Source: Enterobacter phage fGh-Ecl02
Sequence record: ON212266.1
Reading direction: 5' to 3' (one strand)
DNA length: 64,000 nucleotides
The notes under the pieces: generated by a model
What the model was told of the DNA's origin: nothing
Seen by the model: the letters and a program-made list of their open reading frames with translations, nothing else
The model's database searches: none
Shown here: positions 35,239 to 44,969 of the stretch, piece after piece
Numbering within the stretch: the stretch's first letter is position 1
Layout: every line of letters begins with the position of its first letter
Program-made: the position numbers and the translations under genes

Positions 35239-35606
35239 TCTTGATTCACATAGGCGGGGGTGGCCTCGCCTTCATCAGTTACTACACCGAACAATTTGTC
35301 CAGAGAAGCCAGACATTGTGAGTTCAGGTGTTCACTGATCGTATCCTTCAGCATTTGTTCACTACCCAATTTGAATGGCAGAACCTTCGCTTCGATGCCG
35401 TTTTCAAACGTCACAACACCGACATACAGACCAACTTTCAGGCCTGTCATCAACCCCAGAGGGACAAATCGCGGCTCCGATGGTAAGTTCTTGTCTGACG
35501 CCAGCTGTGTCAGATAAACTGGGGTGCCTGTGGTAAATTGATCTGTGGTGAGGTTGGCGTCTGGTTTACTACACCCAACTGCGTATAATCCTACGAACTG
35601 TTTCAT
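35235..35606 (-). CDS. Putative lipoprotein (123 aa) on the opposite strand. Stop codon overlaps the uvsW stop.
   Basis: N-terminal LYAVGC lipobox-like signal. Plausible SD (GAGAG) on the minus strand. Non-repetitive composition. Confidence 0.4.
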   Translation of the reverse strand: MKQFVGLYAVGCSKPDANLTTDQFTTGTPVYLTQLASDKNLPSEPRFVPLGLMTGLKVGLYVGVVTFENGIEAKVLPFKLGSEQMLKDTISEHLNSQCLASLDKLFGVVTDEGEATPAYVNQD

Positions 35607-35950
35607 ATATTACTCTCGTGTGTTGGTTAACATGACATACATATTATTTCGCGTGCATGTTTAGACCAAATAAATTAATTTTGCTGTTGAATAAAAACTG
35701 CTTTCTTGTTGAACAATAGCGTGGTATTATACGAGTTGTGAGCGTTAGCGAACAACGAGTATTTGTTTTATGAGCGAAGCGAATAGGATTAATAAAGATT
35801 ATTATCTTTAATAAAGTCCATAAATGCCGAAGGCATTTATTAATAACGCGTAGCGCAATTTGCCACTTGTTCTATAAGCAAAACACAGCGATACTAGATT
35901 GCGTCAAATATGACTTGAACCCCCCCACTATATTTTGAGGATACATACAA
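35607..35950. promoter_or_regulatory. AT-rich 340-bp non-coding region with several sigma70-like promoter candidates and a hairpin. Candidate early-promoter/origin region upstream of gene 45.
   Basis: No ORFs. TTGAAC..TATACG, TTGACTTGAAC..TATATT and hairpin AAATGCCGAAGGCATTT. Separates the recombination and replication modules. Confidence 0.4.
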
Positions 35951-36619
35951 ATGCAAGAGATCACTCTCTCCGAACGCACACTTCAGTTGCTGGCTAACTT
36001 TGAGACCATCAACCCATCTATCGTCCTGACACCAGGCAAGATGCTGCGCAGCATTAACGATTCGTCTACTGTTATCGCCGTGGCACAGATCGAAGAAGAC
36101 TTCCCGTTTGAGTTCCCGATTCTGGACCTGACCAAACTTCTGGCCATCCAGCGCCTACCTTCCTTCAAAGGTGCCAAAGCCGAATTCCATCAGGACTACA
36201 TCCTGTTGAAAGGCGAAAGCTCTCAGCTGCAATTCTGGCGTTCTGCTAAAGAACTCACGGTCGTCCCGGCTGATACTATTGAACTGCCGTCTGTTGACTT
36301 TGAAGCTATCATCACTCCAGAGAAGATGAAAGAACTGACCCGCGCCTGTTCTACCCTCGGACACAAGACTGTGCGCTTGGTTGCTCAGGGTGGCAAAACT
36401 CGCCTGGTTGCAACCACCACTACCTTGGATAACTCCAACAACTACACCGTTGAGCTGGGCGAAACCGCGCTGCCGGACTTCGTAATGCCGCTGGATGTTG
36501 CCAACCTGAAAATGATCGAAGGCAACTACACTCTGCGTGCCTGTGCTGATCTACAGATGGTGAACTTCCAATCATCCGACGCGACGATCAATTACTTCGT
36601 CGGCGCACAGATTGAGTAA
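35951..36619 (+). CDS. 45: Sliding clamp gp45 homologue
   Basis: TLQLLANFETINPSIVL versus T4 gp45 TALLKNFATINSGIML. Same 45-44-62-regA order as T4. Confidence 0.85.
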   Translation: MQEITLSERTLQLLANFETINPSIVLTPGKMLRSINDSSTVIAVAQIEEDFPFEFPILDLTKLLAIQRLPSFKGAKAEFHQDYILLKGESSQLQFWRSAKELTVVPADTIELPSVDFEAIITPEKMKELTRACSTLGHKTVRLVAQGGKTRLVATTTTLDNSNNYTVELGETALPDFVMPLDVANLKMIEGNYTLRACADLQMVNFQSSDATINYFVGAQIE

Positions 36620-36699
36620 TCAATCTCCAGCCTGATGCTATAATGTGTGGGCGGGGCGTTCCCCGCCTATTTGAAATGATTCTTCTACACGAGGCTGAA

Positions 36700-37689
36700 A
36701 TGTCTAATATCACTATCGTTTCCGACCAGTACGCATGGGAAAACAAGTACCGCCCTGACAACCTGGACGAGATTATCATCCCTCAAGACGTCCGCGCTAA
36801 AATCCATGGCTACATCACCAGCGGCAACGGCAACATCCCGTCTATGCTGTTCTACTCCCCTCAGCCTGGTACTGGCAAGACTACCTCCGCCCTGGCCGTG
36901 TGTAATGAAATCGGTTGTAAGCAACCACTGATGATCAACGCATCCCTGGACAACAGCATCGACGTTATCCGTGACCGCGTGATTCAGTATTCTACTGGTG
37001 TGAGCGTATTCGGCGGCCGCAAAGTTGTTATCCTTGACGAAGTAGAACGTCTGTCTATGGCGGCACAGGAGTCGCTGAAGGGTATTGTGGAGAAGGTCTC
37101 CAAGAACTGTTCATTCATCCTGACCACCAACGCCAAGCAACGTGTGAACGAACCTCTGCGCTCTCGTTGCCGTGAAATCGACTTTATCTGGAATGAGACC
37201 GAGGCTGATGAGGTAAAACTTCAGTTCATGCGCCGCTGTGCTGAAATCCTTCGCTGCGAAGGTGTTGAGTATGACCCTCCTGTGTTGGCTGCTATTGTCA
37301 AGCGCCATTTCCCCGATAACCGCCGCATCATGGGTGTTCTACAGGATAACGTCACCACTTACGGCAAGATCGACGAACGTGCACTGGCTGTGTTAAAATC
37401 GGCCGATATGGGCATGTTGGTGAATATGTTGAAGGATAATGACTGGGCTGGGATGAAGCAGTGGGTGACCGACAACCAGAACTATATCACTGAAGACTTC
37501 TATTCCCGCTTCTTCCAGTTCTGTGTACCACAGGATAAAGAGAAGCAAATGTTGGTTCAGAATGAGTCTATCCCTGATCTGGTATGCGTATGTGGTCAGT
37601 CTCAGATTGAACACCGTCAAGTCGGCGATGTCTGGCTGCATGCTGTGTTTTTCCTGACCAATGTCATGCTCAACATCAAGTGGAAGTGA
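36700..37689 (+). CDS. 44: Clamp loader large subunit gp44 homologue (AAA+)
   Basis: ENKYRPDNLDEIIIPQ, SPQPGTGKTTSA, VVILDEVER and SRCREIDF match T4 gp44 EQKYRPSTIDECILPA, SPSPGTGKTTVA, VIVIDEFDR and SRCRVITF. Confidence 0.9.
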   Translation: MSNITIVSDQYAWENKYRPDNLDEIIIPQDVRAKIHGYITSGNGNIPSMLFYSPQPGTGKTTSALAVCNEIGCKQPLMINASLDNSIDVIRDRVIQYSTGVSVFGGRKVVILDEVERLSMAAQESLKGIVEKVSKNCSFILTTNAKQRVNEPLRSRCREIDFIWNETEADEVKLQFMRRCAEILRCEGVEYDPPVLAAIVKRHFPDNRRIMGVLQDNVTTYGKIDERALAVLKSADMGMLVNMLKDNDWAGMKQWVTDNQNYITEDFYSRFFQFCVPQDKEKQMLVQNESIPDLVCVCGQSQIEHRQVGDVWLHAVFFLTNVMLNIKWK

Positions 37690-37693
37690 TATT

Positions 37694-38116
37694 ATGGCCG
37701 CTCTTGGATTGTTCGATTACCTGGCTGCTCTGAACAGCAGCAAAGAAAACCTTTTGCGGTCTGATGACCCAGAAGTGTTGAAAGGATTCGACCCGTTTAT
37801 GACGCGGCGTGGTTTAGCTCAGAGCAAAGACACTCTAGTGGCTGCGCAACAGATGAATAAGCTACATGCTATCACTCCATGGATGCAATGGTCATATGCC
37901 TTTTACACCATTCCGGCTCGGAAACGCTACGACAAATGGTCTAAGAAAGGTCCGATTGATCCTGACGTGAAGTTACTCTCCGAGTACTTCTACATCAGCA
38001 TGGAGAAGGCATCGGAGTACGTCCGTTTCTTGCCGAAGGAAGTCCTGGCCGAAATACGCGAGAAGATGAGACGCACTGAGCTGAACGCCAAAGCGAAACC
38101 GCGCAAGGCTAAGTAG
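37694..38116 (+). CDS. 62: Clamp loader small subunit gp62 homologue
   Basis: TIPARKRYDKWSKK versus T4 gp62 AVPRGKRYGKWAKL. Overlaps the gp44 stop. Confidence 0.7.
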   Translation: MAALGLFDYLAALNSSKENLLRSDDPEVLKGFDPFMTRRGLAQSKDTLVAAQQMNKLHAITPWMQWSYAFYTIPARKRYDKWSKKGPIDPDVKLLSEYFYISMEKASEYVRFLPKEVLAEIREKMRRTELNAKAKPRKAK

Positions 38117-38145
38117 TTCAAACTATTGTAAAAGGGGAATGAGTC

Positions 38146-38610
38146 ATGGCGCGTAATACGCTAGACATATTGAATATTTCAGCAGTCAACGATGAGGCCA
38201 GCATCGTTGACTGTATGGTTGAAGTTCAATTGAACCAAGATCGGCCAGGTATATTCCTGGGGATCAAGGAAACACTGAGTCGAATTGGGGTAAACACGCG
38301 CCAAGAGCCGAATACTCTGTATCAGACTTGCCATATTCTTCATAAGTGTGGCAAGTATTATATCGTCCACTTTAAGCATCTATTTATGCTGGACGGGCAT
38401 TACAACGGATTTAACCGCGAAGATGTCCTGAGGATGAACCGAATCATCAAGCTGCTGGAGCAGTGGAACATGGTGAAGGTCATTCATCCTGAGCAGGTCA
38501 CCGAAGCCGCCGATATGTCTCGCATTAAAGTGGTTAAACACGATCAGGTTCCTGAATGGAAGCTGGTTCCAAAATACATCATCCGGCCTACGAAGGCAAA
38601 AAGCGAATAA
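38146..38610 (+). CDS. regA: Translational repressor RegA homologue
   Basis: LYQTCHILHKCGKYYIVHFKHLFMLDG and EWKLVPKYIIRP versus T4 RegA LYQSCHILQKKGLYYIVHFKEMLRMDG and EWKLVPKYTIGN. Confidence 0.85.
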   Translation: MARNTLDILNISAVNDEASIVDCMVEVQLNQDRPGIFLGIKETLSRIGVNTRQEPNTLYQTCHILHKCGKYYIVHFKHLFMLDGHYNGFNREDVLRMNRIIKLLEQWNMVKVIHPEQVTEAADMSRIKVVKHDQVPEWKLVPKYIIRPTKAKSE

Positions 38611-38626
38611 CTGGAGTCGCTAAATC

Positions 38627-39499
38627 ATGACAACTACATTTTCTAAGAACGTGAATCTGAATCTGGCTTTCGGTAATGCAAAGGGCGACGTCACATCGCC
38701 CGACTTTGGCAAGATCCGCAATCAGGCGAAACTGGTGCTGGAAGAAACCCGTGAACTGCTGGAAGCGGCGTATTTCGACCACGAGGTGAAAATTGAGTTC
38801 ACTGCATCTCCGCGAGTCCTGAAAGAACCCGTTGTTGTCGACATCAAAGACATTATGCGCCAGATCATGGATGCCCAGGGTGACATCACAACAGTCAACG
38901 ACGGCGTGGCTCATATTGCTGGTTTCGACGGTGACGAATGCCTACAGCGCGTGTATGCCTCTAACATGAGCAAGTTCATTCGTAATGAAGGTGAAGTTGT
39001 GCCTGCACTGGATTACTACTACAACAAAGGCTTCCCACGCGAAAGTCTACGCATCGAAGGGGAATTCCCTCAGGCGTGCATCAAAGTGGTAGACACCATC
39101 ACCGTCGACGGCAAAGAATACCCGGCTGGCAAGTTCCTGAAGAACATGGCAACCTTCAAAGAGCCTGACTTCTCTGATATGTTGACCGCCGAGCCTAAGC
39201 GCCAGATCACCGAAATCATTCTGACAGGTACGGCTACCCCAGGTCGACTCGGATGCAACGAACATGCTGGTGTTGCCTACGCGCCGTTCGATTTTATTGA
39301 CGAGATCGTGGGATACACCAAGATGGGCTTCCAGGCGTTCTCTGGCGAAACAGTCGAGAGCTACATTCCTGTGTTTGTTTTCAATGAAGATAACTTTCCA
39401 ACTCTACCGTTGATCTGGGGTGAATGGAAAGCCAACGTCCGTATCTATGTGGCCAGCCCAGTGCAATCATCTATAACCCAACTGACCCGTATCGATTAA
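38627..39499 (+). CDS. Hypothetical protein (290 aa). N-terminal helical segment faintly MazG/NTP-pyrophosphatase-like.
   Basis: ORF occupying the position where T4 has gene 43. KLVLEETRELLEAAYF is the only suggestive motif. Confidence 0.5.
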   Translation: MTTTFSKNVNLNLAFGNAKGDVTSPDFGKIRNQAKLVLEETRELLEAAYFDHEVKIEFTASPRVLKEPVVVDIKDIMRQIMDAQGDITTVNDGVAHIAGFDGDECLQRVYASNMSKFIRNEGEVVPALDYYYNKGFPRESLRIEGEFPQACIKVVDTITVDGKEYPAGKFLKNMATFKEPDFSDMLTAEPKRQITEIILTGTATPGRLGCNEHAGVAYAPFDFIDEIVGYTKMGFQAFSGETVESYIPVFVFNEDNFPTLPLIWGEWKANVRIYVASPVQSSITQLTRID

Positions 39500-39567
39500 G
39501 ATATACGGTTATTCACTAAACAACAGAGGCTATAATGGCCTCTGTTTTCGTATTCTAAGAGGATACC

Positions 39568-40791
39568 ATGAAAGATAAACCATATGACATCCCATATTGC
39601 GGTGTCCGTGAAACCAAAATCAAATCAGCCCATCCTATGTTAAGTTCATTCCACCGCCAGCTGGCATATGAATGGATGAGGGATCGTTATGCGATACATG
39701 TCAAGAAGGACGTGCAATGTCTTCCAGCGCCATGGACGGATAATCCGGTATTACGCCAAGTCAAGTTTTGTAACGTGCGGAGAGAGCACGATAGACAGTC
39801 TCGAAATTTGATCAATAATATCATCCTCAATCAGGATCTCACGCTATCTGACAAAATGTTCAACTGTGTATTGTTCCGCATGTACAACATGTGGGAACCT
39901 ATACAGGCTTTGGGTGGTCCATGGACGATCGAAGAATTCGGAAACATAAATCTTGAATGGTGTCGAAATGTTCTTCAGGAATTCGAATCTAAAGGTGGCA
40001 AAGTTTTCACCAATGCGTTTAATACAGGCGGTCTGAAACAATGCCTGGCTTTCCCCGAACTAGTTGTCAACCACAAGGAGCAGTGCTTCGGTGGGATGAT
40101 GGTGAATCTGATCTGTAAAGACGGTTCAACCCAGAACATGGATTACAAGAAAGCCAAGGCCATCGCTGAAGCAGAGCCGGACTTCTACACCATCGAAGGT
40201 TGGGAACCGTACATGCCAATGCGTGTCATCCGCTCCCTGAAGGCATTCGTCAACAAACACCCTCATTACTTTGATCGCCTCAGGGAATTTAGCCGTCCCG
40301 ACTCTGTTTACCAGGCGATGTATGACGACATTGAGGGGCTTGGACCATTCTTGGCATACCAGATTTGGGTTGATTTTACGTACATCGATGAATATCCATT
40401 CAGTGAAAACCACTTCACTATCGCTGGTCCCGGTTGCCGTGCTGGTATCGATCTGTTATTTTTGGACAAGGACGGCATGACGCATGAAGAATGCATATTC
40501 TGGGTTCGTGATCATCAAGATCAATTGTTCGCTCAGTATGGGTATAAACGTAATGAATTTTGGTCGGCAGAAGAACCGGAAGATCGTTGCATGAATGTTA
40601 TGCAGCTGGAGAACATGTTCTGTGAACTTCAGAAATATACCCGCTGCGTTGAGGCGGTGATGCGCGGGGAGAAACCTCGAGGAAAGGTGGGGTATGACGG
40701 GAATGGCAGTGCGTATAAGCAACGTTGTGATGAAGTCGTGCTCAAACGTGGTTCCGTCAATTTGCTGGACCGTTTGAAGAAACCTGAATAA
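39568..40791 (+). CDS. Hypothetical protein (407 aa)
   Basis: Long ORF with good SD. No motif recognisable by eye. Confidence 0.5.
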   Translation: MKDKPYDIPYCGVRETKIKSAHPMLSSFHRQLAYEWMRDRYAIHVKKDVQCLPAPWTDNPVLRQVKFCNVRREHDRQSRNLINNIILNQDLTLSDKMFNCVLFRMYNMWEPIQALGGPWTIEEFGNINLEWCRNVLQEFESKGGKVFTNAFNTGGLKQCLAFPELVVNHKEQCFGGMMVNLICKDGSTQNMDYKKAKAIAEAEPDFYTIEGWEPYMPMRVIRSLKAFVNKHPHYFDRLREFSRPDSVYQAMYDDIEGLGPFLAYQIWVDFTYIDEYPFSENHFTIAGPGCRAGIDLLFLDKDGMTHEECIFWVRDHQDQLFAQYGYKRNEFWSAEEPEDRCMNVMQLENMFCELQKYTRCVEAVMRGEKPRGKVGYDGNGSAYKQRCDEVVLKRGSVNLLDRLKKPE

Positions 40792-40905
40792 AGATTCCCT
40801 TTACTTCGTTCTTCAATAACTCAATCCAGCGTATATTAACCTCACTTAAACGAAGCGCCCTGACAAACGGGGCGCACATTTGAACTGAAACAGGAAGACT
40901 ACATC

Positions 40906-42924
40906 ATGTCAGAATTTAAGCCCTTCGCAGTAGCTGTCAACAATAACGTGCTGGCCATGTCAGCAACTGGTCTGTTCATGACCAACATCGATAAAGATGC
41001 TCTGTGGGATCTGTATCTGTCTTCTTTCCCTGCTGGCACTAACCCGCTTTATCGTGAGCGTACCGAGCACGACTGTACCTGCTGTAAACAATTCATCCGT
41101 AATATCGGCGGTGTGGTCACCATCGACTCCGACCTGAACGTGATCTCTATCTGGGATAACATTCAGCTGGGTAACGAATACGACGTTGTCGCTTCGGCGC
41201 TGTCAGCGTATGTTAAGCAGCACGCAATCGTCGACGTGTACTTCAACGACACCAAGAAAGTTGGTGTTGAGTCGAATCACGAAATGAAAGACGGTATTGT
41301 CCGCACCTACAACCACTTCCACACCGACCTGCTGGGCAGCTATGTTCTGCGGGCAGATACCATCGCTTCTAAGAAGGGTGAAATCCGCCAGGCGATTGAA
41401 GTGTTTGAGCGCGGCCTGCGTGAACTGTCTCTGGAATCGGCTGAAATCGTTCTTGAATTGATTGACCAGAATTCTCTGTATCGCGGTGAAGAGCACAAAG
41501 CGGCAGTGCAGGCGTTCGTGGTGAACAAGACCCTGTACGAACAAACTGCAGAAGAGAAACGCGCTCTGTGGGCTTGGCGCACTGGCTACCGTGCAAACGG
41601 TCATACCCCTCACGGCATTCGTAATACCGTGATTGGCTCTCTGCTGGTAGACCTCAATGAAGGTCGTGATCTGGAAACCGCCGTGAAGTCCTTTGAAGCC
41701 AAAGTCGCTCCGACGAACTACAAGCGCCCAACCGCGCTGGTCACGAAGTCCATGATTGAAAACGCGCAGAAAGAAGTCGAAGCGCTGGGTCTGACCGATT
41801 CACTGGGTCGCCGTTATGCCGTGTATGACGATCTGACCATCAACAACGTTCTGTTCGCCGATCTGGCAGTTCAGAAGAAGATGGACCCGTTTGCTCAGCT
41901 GGCGTCTGAAGTGAAGACTCCGACCAAGTCCCTGGACAAGGTTGAAGAGATCACGATCGACGACTTCCTGACCAACGTGTTGCCAAAGGCGCATTCCCTG
42001 GAAGTACTGGTCGAAAACTCTCACATTGGCAACCTGATGTCCCTGATCGCTCCGGCTACCGCAGGCGCTCCTAACCTGTTCAAGTGGAACAACGGCTTCA
42101 GCTGGTCGTACAATGGCGAAGTGGCCGACTCCATCAAAGAGCGCGTGAAGACCGCAGGCGGTAATGTCGACAGTTTCCTCCGTGTGTCACTGGCTTGGCA
42201 TAACAACGACGACCTGGATCTGAGCATGAACGATCCTCTTCACAACCACGTATATTTTCGCAACCGTCGTTCGTCAACTGGCGCAACTCTGGACATCGAT
42301 ATGAACGGTATGGATGGGATTGATCCAAACCGCCGTCCGGTGGAGAACATCTTCTTCAGCGATGAACGCAAGCTGCGTGACGGGAATTATGAGTTCTATG
42401 TCACCAACTTCAACAAGCGTGAAACCTGTGACGTTGGTTTCGAAATCGAAGTTGAATACAAAGGCCAGACTAAGCGCTTCTCACACCCTGGCCTGGGTAA
42501 CAAAGATCGCACGTTGGCTGTTGTGGTTCAGGTTCGCGCTGGTCAGGTGGTCAACATCAGTTCTACCCTGAAAGACGACGCTCGCTCTCAGGAAATCTGG
42601 GGCATCAAGACCTCCGTCTTCCAGAAGGTACAGCTGGTTCTGAACTCACCAAACCATTGGGACGGCGAGCAGACTGGCAACAAGCACGTGTTCTTCATCC
42701 TGGAAGGTTGCGCCAACCCTGTCGGCACCCGTGGTTTCTATAACGAATATCTGAAGCCGGAACTTGATAAACACCGCAAGGTTTTTGAAATGTTAGGTGG
42801 TAAGATTAAAGTACAGCCAAGCACTGAGCAGCTGTCCGGTCTGGGCTTCTCTACCACCCAACGCAACCACGTGTTCGTGAAGGTGAGCGGCTCTTTCAAC
42901 CGCACTGTGAAAGTTGTGTTCTAA
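40906..42924 (+). CDS. Hypothetical protein (672 aa)
   Basis: Long ORF with no Walker A and no family-B polymerase motifs (no YGDTDS). Contains NHFHTD (a possible HxD metal triad). Confidence 0.5.
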   Translation: MSEFKPFAVAVNNNVLAMSATGLFMTNIDKDALWDLYLSSFPAGTNPLYRERTEHDCTCCKQFIRNIGGVVTIDSDLNVISIWDNIQLGNEYDVVASALSAYVKQHAIVDVYFNDTKKVGVESNHEMKDGIVRTYNHFHTDLLGSYVLRADTIASKKGEIRQAIEVFERGLRELSLESAEIVLELIDQNSLYRGEEHKAAVQAFVVNKTLYEQTAEEKRALWAWRTGYRANGHTPHGIRNTVIGSLLVDLNEGRDLETAVKSFEAKVAPTNYKRPTALVTKSMIENAQKEVEALGLTDSLGRRYAVYDDLTINNVLFADLAVQKKMDPFAQLASEVKTPTKSLDKVEEITIDDFLTNVLPKAHSLEVLVENSHIGNLMSLIAPATAGAPNLFKWNNGFSWSYNGEVADSIKERVKTAGGNVDSFLRVSLAWHNNDDLDLSMNDPLHNHVYFRNRRSSTGATLDIDMNGMDGIDPNRRPVENIFFSDERKLRDGNYEFYVTNFNKRETCDVGFEIEVEYKGQTKRFSHPGLGNKDRTLAVVVQVRAGQVVNISSTLKDDARSQEIWGIKTSVFQKVQLVLNSPNHWDGEQTGNKHVFFILEGCANPVGTRGFYNEYLKPELDKHRKVFEMLGGKIKVQPSTEQLSGLGFSTTQRNHVFVKVSGSFNRTVKVVF

Positions 42925-42968
42925 ACCTGATTTGAAATTGTGACCCATTCATCATTGAGGATAGTAAA

Positions 42969-43340
42969 ATGTTTGATAAAGCAACCCGTATGAAACTGCG
43001 CTTCGAGTCTAACAAAGGCCTGTTGTCTGTTGAGCAGGTCTGGGACCTGAGCCTGACTGCCCTGAACGAAATGGCGAAAGGTCTGAGCCGCCAGGTGAAA
43101 GCAGCAGAAACCGATGAAGAAGATTTCATTGGCACCAAAAGTAACGTTGACTCCGAACTGCAGCTGCGCTTCGACGTTGTCAAGCACATCATCGGCGTTA
43201 AGCTGAAAGAACGTGACGACAGCAGAGACGCGGCAGAGCGTAAGGCGAACAACCAGATTATCCTGGAGCTGATCCAGCGTAAGAAACAGCAAGAGCTGGA
43301 AAGCAAATCTGTTGAAGAACTGGAAGCGCTGCTGAAATAA
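42969..43340 (+). CDS. Coiled-coil hypothetical protein (123 aa)
   Basis: SD GAGGA. Strong terminator downstream (43364-43390). Confidence 0.5.
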   Translation: MFDKATRMKLRFESNKGLLSVEQVWDLSLTALNEMAKGLSRQVKAAETDEEDFIGTKSNVDSELQLRFDVVKHIIGVKLKERDDSRDAAERKANNQIILELIQRKKQQELESKSVEELEALLK

Positions 43341-43363
43341 CCCTGTTGGCCTCGGCCTGAGCA

Positions 43364-43390
43364 ACCCCGCCATGTGCGGGGTTTCTTTTG
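43364..43390 (+). terminator. Rho-independent terminator
   Basis: CCCCGC-CATGT-GCGGGG followed by TTTCTTTTG. Confidence 0.65.
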
Positions 43391-43400
43391 GACAAAGAAT

Positions 43401-43811
43401 ATGAAACCTGTTATATGTGATTACTGTGGCCTCCCAGCCGAATTCGTCGGTGGTGATGTTCTCTACCCTCATCGCCCTGACCTCCGCAATCTGAAGTTCT
43501 GGGTGTGCACTCCATGTGATGCCCGTGTCGGTTGCCATGCCCATGGCGACGGCAGACAACCTTTGGGAAGGATGGCGAATGCCGCTCTCCGTGCTGCTAA
43601 GCAGGAAGCCCATAGATCGTTTGACCCATTGTGGAAAAGCGGAGAGAGGAGCAGGAGCGACGCTTACAGTTGGCTGGCGCATAAGCTGGGGATAAAGAAG
43701 CGTGAGTGTCATATTGGCTTGTTCGATATCGACATGTGCCGTAAAGTAGTTGTTGTCTGTCAACAATACGAGGTACATATCAATGTCAAAGGAAATACAA
43801 GAAGCGTTTGA
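43401..43811 (+). CDS. Zinc-finger-containing protein of the DUF3268-like phage family
   Basis: CDYCGLPAEFVGG..LYP + CTPCDARVGCHAHG + LGRMANAALRAAKQEAHRSFDPLW + HIGLFDIDMCRKV matches that family's signature. Confidence 0.55.
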   Translation: MKPVICDYCGLPAEFVGGDVLYPHRPDLRNLKFWVCTPCDARVGCHAHGDGRQPLGRMANAALRAAKQEAHRSFDPLWKSGERSRSDAYSWLAHKLGIKKRECHIGLFDIDMCRKVVVVCQQYEVHINVKGNTRSV

Positions 43812-44088
43812 GAATCTAACTCAGGCGCTCACCAACTGCAACCGTCTCAACTATTGCAACGACCCATTGCAAAAGCTGAAGTCCCTGGTAGAATCAGAAC
43901 TGGCTAAACTGGCCGAATACAACGCCATCCAAGAAGACGTGGTGTTCATGTCGGACACGGTCGTAGACACCCTTCCGCGCGAAGTGTACAATGTATTGGG
44001 TCGCATCGCAAAGGTGGGTTTCCGTGAACCACAAGACGCCAAACCCACCCCCGAAATTCTTACATCCATCGTTGACTCGTTTAAGTGA
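43783..44088 (+). CDS. Hypothetical protein (101 aa)
   Basis: ORF overlapping the previous stop. Confidence 0.4.
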   Translation: MSKEIQEAFENLTQALTNCNRLNYCNDPLQKLKSLVESELAKLAEYNAIQEDVVFMSDTVVDTLPREVYNVLGRIAKVGFREPQDAKPTPEILTSIVDSFK

Positions 44089-44095
44089 GACCACC

Positions 44096-44329
44096 ATGTC
44101 TAAAGAGATTATTTTTACCGGGGCGGCGCTTGACACCATGTATGCCCTGTACAATCGTGGTCCACTGAGCATTGGCGATATCCCGTCTAAGTCAGGTCTG
44201 GACTTCCTGTTGCGACATAAGCTGGTTGTGGCTGTGGTAGTCAGGGGTGAAACGCAATACGCCGGGTCGATGGCCATGGCTTCCCACTACAAACGTCAGA
44301 CATGGAAGGGCGCTTCCTCCAAATCCTGA
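44096..44329 (+). CDS. Hypothetical protein (77 aa)
   Basis: ORF immediately downstream of the previous gene. Confidence 0.4.
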   Translation: MSKEIIFTGAALDTMYALYNRGPLSIGDIPSKSGLDFLLRHKLVVAVVVRGETQYAGSMAMASHYKRQTWKGASSKS

Positions 44330-44434
44330 GTTTGTCAAAACCTTTTCAATATCAATAACGTCCAGCGTAAATGCTGGGCGTTTCAATTAGCAGTACATGG
44401 TATAATGGGACTGCTGACGAATACGAGGTGTATC

Positions 44435-44797
44435 ATGTCTGTGAAGATGAAAGGTGCTGAGTTCAAAACCTATTATCACGATGACCAATATTGGGTACAA
44501 GACGCCTGGCACGAAGATCACGTCATCAAAGTGAATGGCGAATATGTCGAAGATGTAATCGACGATGAGATCCCTAACGATGCTGATGTCGTGATCGAGT
44601 CTGGAGTTGTCTATATTCCGTCTCAAACTGATAGCGGTCGTGTTGAAAAGGAAGTGTCGCTTGTTACTCACTTCAAGAACTGGCGCAAGCAGAACAAATT
44701 CTCCTTCATCGTCGTGACGGTGGAGAAGGACAAGGTCGCCGATGTTCGCCAAGCCCTGCGGTCGATCCCTGGCGTTACTGAAGTCAAGGGCGGCTGA
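44435..44797 (+). CDS. Hypothetical protein (120 aa)
   Basis: SD GAGGTG, start context GTATCATG. Confidence 0.45.
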   Translation: MSVKMKGAEFKTYYHDDQYWVQDAWHEDHVIKVNGEYVEDVIDDEIPNDADVVIESGVVYIPSQTDSGRVEKEVSLVTHFKNWRKQNKFSFIVVTVEKDKVADVRQALRSIPGVTEVKGG

Positions 44798-44798
44798 T

Positions 44799-44969
44799 AT
44801 GGCCAAACCATTTGAACGTGTGGGCGTCGACAACCTCGACCGCCGCTTTAGCCCATCGGAAACGCTGATGAGTCAGATTGAACTCAATCGCGACTTCCTT
44901 GAATATATGCTGGTCAAGCCGGAAGGTGAGGCCGAAGACAACCCTGAAGAAGGCAATAACGATGATTGA
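44799..44969 (+). CDS. Small acidic protein (56 aa)
   Basis: ATG 1 nt after the previous stop. Its own stop overlaps the next start (ATGATTGA). Confidence 0.35.
   Translation: MAKPFERVGVDNLDRRFSPSETLMSQIELNRDFLEYMLVKPEGEAEDNPEEGNNDD

Noticed and set aside
38627-42924. Possibility that one of the three large ORFs after regA is DNA polymerase gp43, split or intact
   Set aside because: No family-B exonuclease or polymerase motifs (YGDTDS, Kx3NSxYG, DxxSLYPS) in any of them.
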